Shown here: positions 16,114 to 20,000 of the stretch, in pieces | Layout: each line of letters opens with the position of its first letter | How positions within the stretch are numbered: position 1 is the first letter of the stretch | Virus record (IMG/VR): IMGVR_UViG_3300042465_006114 | Length of the DNA: 20,000 bases | DNA from: an uncultured virus (IMG/VR IMGVR_UViG_3300042465_006114) | Taxonomy: Duplodnaviria > Heunggongvirae > Uroviricota > Caudoviricetes | Strand: one strand, 5' to 3' | Position numbers and translations under genes: made by a program | The notes under the pieces: generated by a model | What the model was told of the DNA's origin: nothing | The model's input: the letters and a program-made list of their open reading frames with translations, nothing else | Databases searched by the model: none

Positions 16114-16439
16114 TATAAATTTAATTTGTAAGTTGTAAAATTGCAAACTTCGTTGTTACGGTCAAATGAATTGTTTGGAATAGATTCAATTTCATATCCC
16201 CTTTCTCTTAATTTAAAAATAATAGACGACAACCTTGTAGCACCATAAAGACTGATTGCAGTCCAACTATCAATTGTTCCATTTTCAATAAGATGTTTTT
16301 TTACTTTAGAAATTTTTGTACTTTGTTTTTCAAAAGATTTTCTAATTTTAGTTCTTGGTTTAACTACTGATTGACTAATAGTTTTTTCTTCTTTAATAGG
16401 TTTGAAAAGATTTAAAAAAAAATGTGTTAAATTGTTCAT
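16113..16439 (-). CDS. Winged-helix DNA-binding protein (HTH_39-like)
   Basis: VKKHLIENGTIDSWTAISLYGATRLSSIIFKLRERGYEIES. Confidence 0.75.
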   Translation of the reverse strand: MNNLTHFFLNLFKPIKEEKTISQSVVKPRTKIRKSFEKQSTKISKVKKHLIENGTIDSWTAISLYGATRLSSIIFKLRERGYEIESIPNNSFDRNNEVCNFTTYKLNL

Positions 16440-16470
16440 TGTTTTAGATTTAAGTTATTGTTTCCTTTTA

Positions 16471-16478
16471 CAAATATA
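16471..16478 (-). promoter_or_regulatory. Bacteroidota-type -7 promoter element TATATTTG for the replication operon
   Basis: caaatata on +, 31 nt upstream of the start at 16439. Confidence 0.65.
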
Positions 16479-16525
16479 AACAATATTTTTAATAATATAA
16501 TATATTTTAAAAAATATATTATATT

Positions 16526-16675
16526 TTATTTACTGTTTATTTCTCTGATTGTATTTTCAACCATTTTTCTACAATCTTCTGTTACTATATACCATAATAC
16601 ATTTTCTAAACCAGCTTTAGCTATTGCTAATTTTTCTTTTAAAATTTGTAATTCTTCTTTTTGAATTTTTTCCAT
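16526..16675 (-). CDS. 49-aa hypothetical helical protein (not in ORF track)
   Basis: Hand translation MEKIQKEELQILKEKLAIAKAGLENVLWYIVTEDCRKMVENTIREINSK. Confidence 0.6.
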   Translation of the reverse strand: MEKIQKEELQILKEKLAIAKAGLENVLWYIVTEDCRKMVENTIREINSK

Positions 16676-16681
16676 TTTTTT

Positions 16682-17410
16682 TTATTTTAAAATTTTAATT
16701 TTGTTTTTTAATTCGTTTGGGAAATCATTTTTAAGAACCCAGTTTAAATAACCAACATCTTCAATAACTGACTTATTCAAATTTTTACCAAACGACCAGC
16801 GTACAGTTCCATCTTTATCCATATAAGTCTTATTACTAAAATCATATCTTTTTTTATTAGCTTGACATTCTAAATCTATTTCTTGTGGTGTTTTTTCTTG
16901 ATTTGATTTTATCTGGTGTAATAAAACTTCTAACGTTGCTCTTACGTCATTTAAAGCATCGTGCGAACCTTCTAGTTTATTTCCAGTATATCTTTCATAA
17001 ACTGCTCCAAGATTATTTGGATTAAGTAGGCGTTCGTATTTTAAAACATCAACCAAGTTTAATTCCCAAGTAGGAAATTCAATATTACATCTTTCAAATT
17101 CTTGTATTAAAAGTGGCACATCATAGTTATCTGAATTATAACCTCCAATATCGCAACCATTAAAATATTCATTTAAAGCAATTGCTATCTGTGAAAAGTA
17201 TGGTGCGTCTTTAACTTTTTCATCTGTAATTCCGTGAACATCGGATGCTTCTTTTGGAATAGGAATTAACGGTTTAATCAACATACACTTTTCTTCTTTG
17301 TTTCCTTCTAAATCAATTTTTATACAAGCTATTTGTACAATTCTTGAATTTACAATATCTAGTCCAGTTGTTTCTAAATCGAAAAAAATAATTGGTTTTG
17401 AAATTTTCAT
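16682..17410 (-). CDS. DEDDh 3'-5' exonuclease (DnaQ/epsilon-like)
   Basis: ExoI FFDLETTG, VHGI, ExoII GYNSDNYD, ExoIII HDALNDV; C-terminal FGK...YLNW extension. Confidence 0.92.
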   Translation of the reverse strand: MKISKPIIFFDLETTGLDIVNSRIVQIACIKIDLEGNKEEKCMLIKPLIPIPKEASDVHGITDEKVKDAPYFSQIAIALNEYFNGCDIGGYNSDNYDVPLLIQEFERCNIEFPTWELNLVDVLKYERLLNPNNLGAVYERYTGNKLEGSHDALNDVRATLEVLLHQIKSNQEKTPQEIDLECQANKKRYDFSNKTYMDKDGTVRWSFGKNLNKSVIEDVGYLNWVLKNDFPNELKNKIKILK

Positions 17411-17427
17411 TTTATTTGTTTGTTTGT

Positions 17428-17550
17428 TTATTTATTTAATTGTTCTTGTTCTTTAAAATATGCTTTTAGAAATAAATTAAAATAATATTCCTTTTCAGAA
17501 ATATTACATTTAAAATATCTTTCAGCTAAATAGTCGGACATTGTTTTCAT
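17428..17550 (-). CDS. 40-aa hypothetical peptide (not in ORF track)
   Basis: Hand translation MKTMSDYLAERYFKCNISEKEYYFNLFLKAYFKEQEQLNK; fills operon gap. Confidence 0.5.
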   Translation of the reverse strand: MKTMSDYLAERYFKCNISEKEYYFNLFLKAYFKEQEQLNK

Positions 17551-17556
17551 TTTTAT

Positions 17557-17790
17557 TTAATTAAATAATTCAGTTAATAATACACCACATAAAGCTCCTA
17601 CTCCAGCTCCTAAAGAATATATTAATTTTTTTTTCATAGAACTCATTGCTAAACGTGAAACATTAAAAGTCCATAGTAAAGAAATAAGAAAAGAAACAAA
17701 AAATATTCCTATATATAAATGTTTTGTTATTAAAATAGTAGAAATAGAAACAAGTCCTATTTGAAAGAATGATTGGAAAAATGTTTTCAT
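17557..17790 (-). CDS. Small three-TM membrane protein
   Basis: Three hydrophobic segments, GAGVGALCG C-terminal helix. Confidence 0.7.
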   Translation of the reverse strand: MKTFFQSFFQIGLVSISTILITKHLYIGIFFVSFLISLLWTFNVSRLAMSSMKKKLIYSLGAGVGALCGVLLTELFN

Positions 17791-17798
17791 ATTTTAAT

Positions 17799-18176
17799 TT
17801 ATATAAAGAACCAGAATAATGTAAAGAAAAAAATAATAATAGAAATTATACAGTAAAAAATAAAAAAAATAAATTCTTTCTTATTTTGTACTGTTTTTTT
17901 TTCTTTCATATAGTTTTCTTTTCTCTGAATTTTAAGTGAATTTTCTATTTCTGTAATTACAATTTTATCTAAAACTTTAATCCAATATACATCCCCTTCT
18001 TTTGAATTATTAAACATAAAAGCACCTATCAATTTAGAATCTCTAAATTCTTGTCTTGTGTCCATCTTTATATTTCTTTCTTTAAAGTATCTAATATGAT
18101 TTGCATAAGCAAGTGCTTGGTCTTTTTCAGTAAGTTGATTTACTAAAATTTCATTCCATAATATTTCTTTTTTCAT
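17799..18176 (-). CDS. Hypothetical protein with C-terminal membrane anchor
   Basis: Start MKKEILW at 18176 is TAATG-coupled (alternative start 18200); hydrophobic C-terminus. Confidence 0.6.
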   Translation of the reverse strand: MKKEILWNEILVNQLTEKDQALAYANHIRYFKERNIKMDTRQEFRDSKLIGAFMFNNSKEGDVYWIKVLDKIVITEIENSLKIQRKENYMKEKKTVQNKKEFIFFIFYCIISIIIFFFTLFWFFI

Positions 18177-18352
18177 TATTTTATTTTTTTTATTTTCCAT
18201 AATCCAATATAAGTATTTCCCCTAGACAACATTTCGTTTTCTCCAATACTACCATATAAAACAGTGGTATTTAAAGTTGGAAAGTTGTGTAAATAAAAAA
18301 AAGTGCATTTGTTAAAAATAACAACATTTTCGATTGTATAATTAAATTTCAT
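18176..18352 (-). CDS. 58-aa hypothetical protein (not in ORF track)
   Basis: Hand translation MKFNYTIENVVIFNKCTFFYLHNF...IGLWKIKKIK; starts 2 nt after the upstream stop. Confidence 0.5.
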   Translation of the reverse strand: MKFNYTIENVVIFNKCTFFYLHNFPTLNTTVLYGSIGENEMLSRGNTYIGLWKIKKIK

Positions 18353-18354
18353 AA

Positions 18355-18594
18355 TTAAACTAGTCTTTGTCTATAAATAACAAAGTAATAACTATTACCA
18401 TTTTCATCTTCAACTCTATAATCATCCATAGTCATATCCTCATTCCAACCCAATGTAGATTTCATAGAATAAGACTTTACTTCACAAGTTGATTCAATCC
18501 AATCTCTAGCTTCTTCTTCTCTTAAAAACGCTAAACAAAATGGAGTTACATTTTTTTGAACTCCTTTATACAAAACATTAAAAACTTCTATCAT
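18355..18594 (-). CDS. Hypothetical phage protein
   Basis: 79-aa ORF in operon; F..EEEA..W pattern. Confidence 0.65.
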   Translation of the reverse strand: MIEVFNVLYKGVQKNVTPFCLAFLREEEARDWIESTCEVKSYSMKSTLGWNEDMTMDDYRVEDENGNSYYFVIYRQRLV

Positions 18595-18610
18595 AATTAT
18601 AAATTTAAAA

Positions 18611-18868
18611 TTAATCTAATAATATATAAAATGCTTCTGGATTGTTATCTCCAAACCAAGCAATACCTTTTTGCATTTCTCCAATAAGTTTATCGGAAAG
18701 AGAACCTCTTAACTCGTAAAGCATATTACACCCAATTATAAAATCGTACATCGACAATTCTAAATTGTTTAAATAAAATTCTTGCCCACTAAAAGGATTT
18801 GTAACCACATCTCCTTTTTCGTAAACTTCTCCTTTAAACCAATCTGGTAAAATTTGTTTTTCTATCAT
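18611..18868 (-). CDS. Hypothetical phage protein
   Basis: LPDWFKGEVY..G..VTNPFSG..LSMYDFIIG..NPEAFYILLD; ATG at 18868 preferred to TTG at 18883. Confidence 0.7.
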   Translation of the reverse strand: MIEKQILPDWFKGEVYEKGDVVTNPFSGQEFYLNNLELSMYDFIIGCNMLYELRGSLSDKLIGEMQKGIAWFGDNNPEAFYILLD

Positions 18869-18876
18869 TTTATTAT

Positions 18877-19107
18877 TTACCAATTACTAACGTTATTAAT
18901 ACAATAATCACTTCCAACTTGTGCATTTATCCAATCTCCAGCTTGAAGATAAAATTTTTGTTCTTTTCCAGAGCATTGATTTCTAATTACAACTGAATAA
19001 TCTTTTACATTGTCGCTCACAACTAAACCGCAATTACATTCTGCAATTTTTTCAGCAGAGCATCCGAACAAAATTGGCATAGCCAATACAATAAATAATT
19101 TTTTCAT
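18877..19107 (-). CDS. Small Cys-rich lipoprotein
   Basis: MKK + hydrophobic core + LFG-C lipobox; four further Cys; beta-rich mature part. Confidence 0.75.
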   Translation of the reverse strand: MKKLFIVLAMPILFGCSAEKIAECNCGLVVSDNVKDYSVVIRNQCSGKEQKFYLQAGDWINAQVGSDYCINNVSNW

Positions 19108-19143
19108 AATAGTTTTGTTTTTTATATTAATAGTTCATTGGTA

Positions 19144-19151
19144 CAAATATA
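19144..19151 (-). promoter_or_regulatory. Bacteroidota-type -7 promoter element TATATTTG for the small-ORF operon
   Basis: caaatata on +, 36 nt upstream of the start at 19107. Confidence 0.7.
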
Positions 19152-19271
19152 AATAGGTTTTTTGGTTTAACAAAATAATAATGAATTATTTTAGTTAAAA
19201 TTTAGTTAAAATTATTATTTAGATGTTTCGGTTAATTCTAGTTTATTTTTTTTTTAAAAAAAAATTAAAAT

Positions 19272-19439
19272 AGTTATTCCCACGAAGTTCCCAAATTTCT
19301 TTGTAAGTTGTTGAATATTAGTACTAAAAGTCCCAAGTTATTCCCACGAAAAAAAAGTTATTCCCACGAAATTCCTAAATTTATTTGTAAGTCATTGAAA
19401 ATCAACACTAAAAGTTCCACAAAAGTCCCACGAAAAAAA
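19272..19439. repeat. Two imperfect 84-bp tandem units containing four CCCACGAA boxes
   Basis: agttattcccacgaa at 19272, 19336 and 19356; variant aagtcccacgaa at 19423. Confidence 0.9.
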
Positions 19440-19629
19440 GTTTTTTAAAAAAAAATTGTTTCTACCAAAACTAGTTGCAACCATTTTCCCAAAGTTAGGA
19501 AAAAGGTTTAATCACATTTTCTTTGATTTAAGCAACGATTTTATATTTTAAGAGCAAGAGTTTAGAATTGATAAAACAATTAACCAGACACCCTTAAATT
19601 TAATTTATTAGGTGTTTAAAAAAATATTG

Positions 19630-19637
19630 TACATTTG
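19630..19637 (+). promoter_or_regulatory. Bacteroidota-type -7 promoter element TACATTTG
   Basis: Matches TAnnTTTG; followed by two stems and a T tract rather than an ORF. Confidence 0.6.
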
Positions 19638-19640
19638 CAA

Positions 19641-19734
19641 TACGAGGTTGCTTCTCGTAATAAACCATCAGCACCATAGTTTTGTTTTTAGTAGTTCATT
19701 AACATTCCTCAAAAAGCTGGTGGTTTTCTTTTTT
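19641..19734 (+). ncRNA. Candidate trans-acting antisense small RNA
   Basis: 5' hairpin TACGAG/CTCGTA, 11-bp stem AAACCATCAGC/GCTGGTGGTTT, T tract; loop matches 19109-19139. Confidence 0.65.
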
Positions 19735-19860
19735 AACTTATTTTAAGTCGATTTAAGAGATTATTTTTAATAAGGTGGTATATAGTTATACTAAGGACAA
19801 TTTATTTAAAGCATAGTATCTTATTATTAAGTCAGAAGTATATCAGTATTTTTTTTTTGG

Positions 19861-19902
19861 CGTTCCACTTCGTTACACACCTCCGTTCCACTTCGTTCCA
19901 CT
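19861..19902. repeat. Four short CGTTCCACTT-like repeats
   Basis: Copies at 19861, 19871 (variant), 19884 and 19894. Confidence 0.85.
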
Positions 19903-20000
19903 GTTATATTTTTTTTGTCTTGTCGGGTTTATTTTTCTTCTCTGTTATCTAAATTTATTTTAACATTTTTTTAACATTTACAGTAACTGTTGTGGGGGGG

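Noticed and set aside
8209..16664. + strand ORFs at 8209, 10285, 12988 and 16458
   Set aside because: Overlap better-supported minus-strand genes or the structured RNA; no promoter or motif support
19272..19439. CRISPR array
   Set aside because: Repeat only 15 nt, irregular spacing, intervening sequences are copies of each other, no cas genes in the window
19600..19677. 25-aa minus-strand ORF starting in the duplicated leader sequence
   Set aside because: No minus-strand promoter element upstream; wobble pairs, promoter and U tract all favour a + strand RNA
1..20000. Stop-codon reassignment as seen in some Bacteroidota phages
   Set aside because: Long ORFs are intact in code 11, and TAG (8386, 11692) and TGA (9961, 11006) end genes at tight junctions; the tRNA is not a suppressor

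Overview
Very AT-rich segment of a large bacteriophage (or phage-derived element), probably infecting Bacteroidota/Flavobacteria, since TAnnTTTG promoter elements precede the operons and leaders are A-rich without Shine-Dalgarno sequences. Nearly all genes are on the minus strand. From right to left: a non-coding control region with 84-bp tandem repeats and a candidate + strand small RNA; an early-type operon of small ORFs headed by a lipoprotein and including a DEDDh exonuclease; a replication module (wHTH, XRE HTH, Phg_2220_C initiator-like, putative loader, OB-fold SSB-like); tRNA-Gln(TTG); an HNH gene flanked by structured non-coding DNA; a dispersed glycan-modification set (two GT2, one GT4, an LpxA-like acyltransferase) interrupted by a NUMOD4-HNH-AP2 endonuclease; a small helical-hairpin protein resembling phage nucleotide-sponge families; a lone + strand 39-aa membrane peptide gene; and a separate operon with a 1272-aa polyvalent protein (DUF5661-like, beta-clamp-like, ART-PolyVal-like), an acidic GE-repeat protein and a MoxR/CobS-type AAA+ ATPase. 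The most striking unexplained signals are RNA-level: a promoter- and terminator-bounded sRNA (~19641-19734) whose loop is complementary to the leader of the divergent operon, a multi-pseudoknot RNA candidate (~13069-13256), and a compact pseudoknot at the start of the putative anti-defence gene. All family assignments are from motif recognition by eye, not from database searches.
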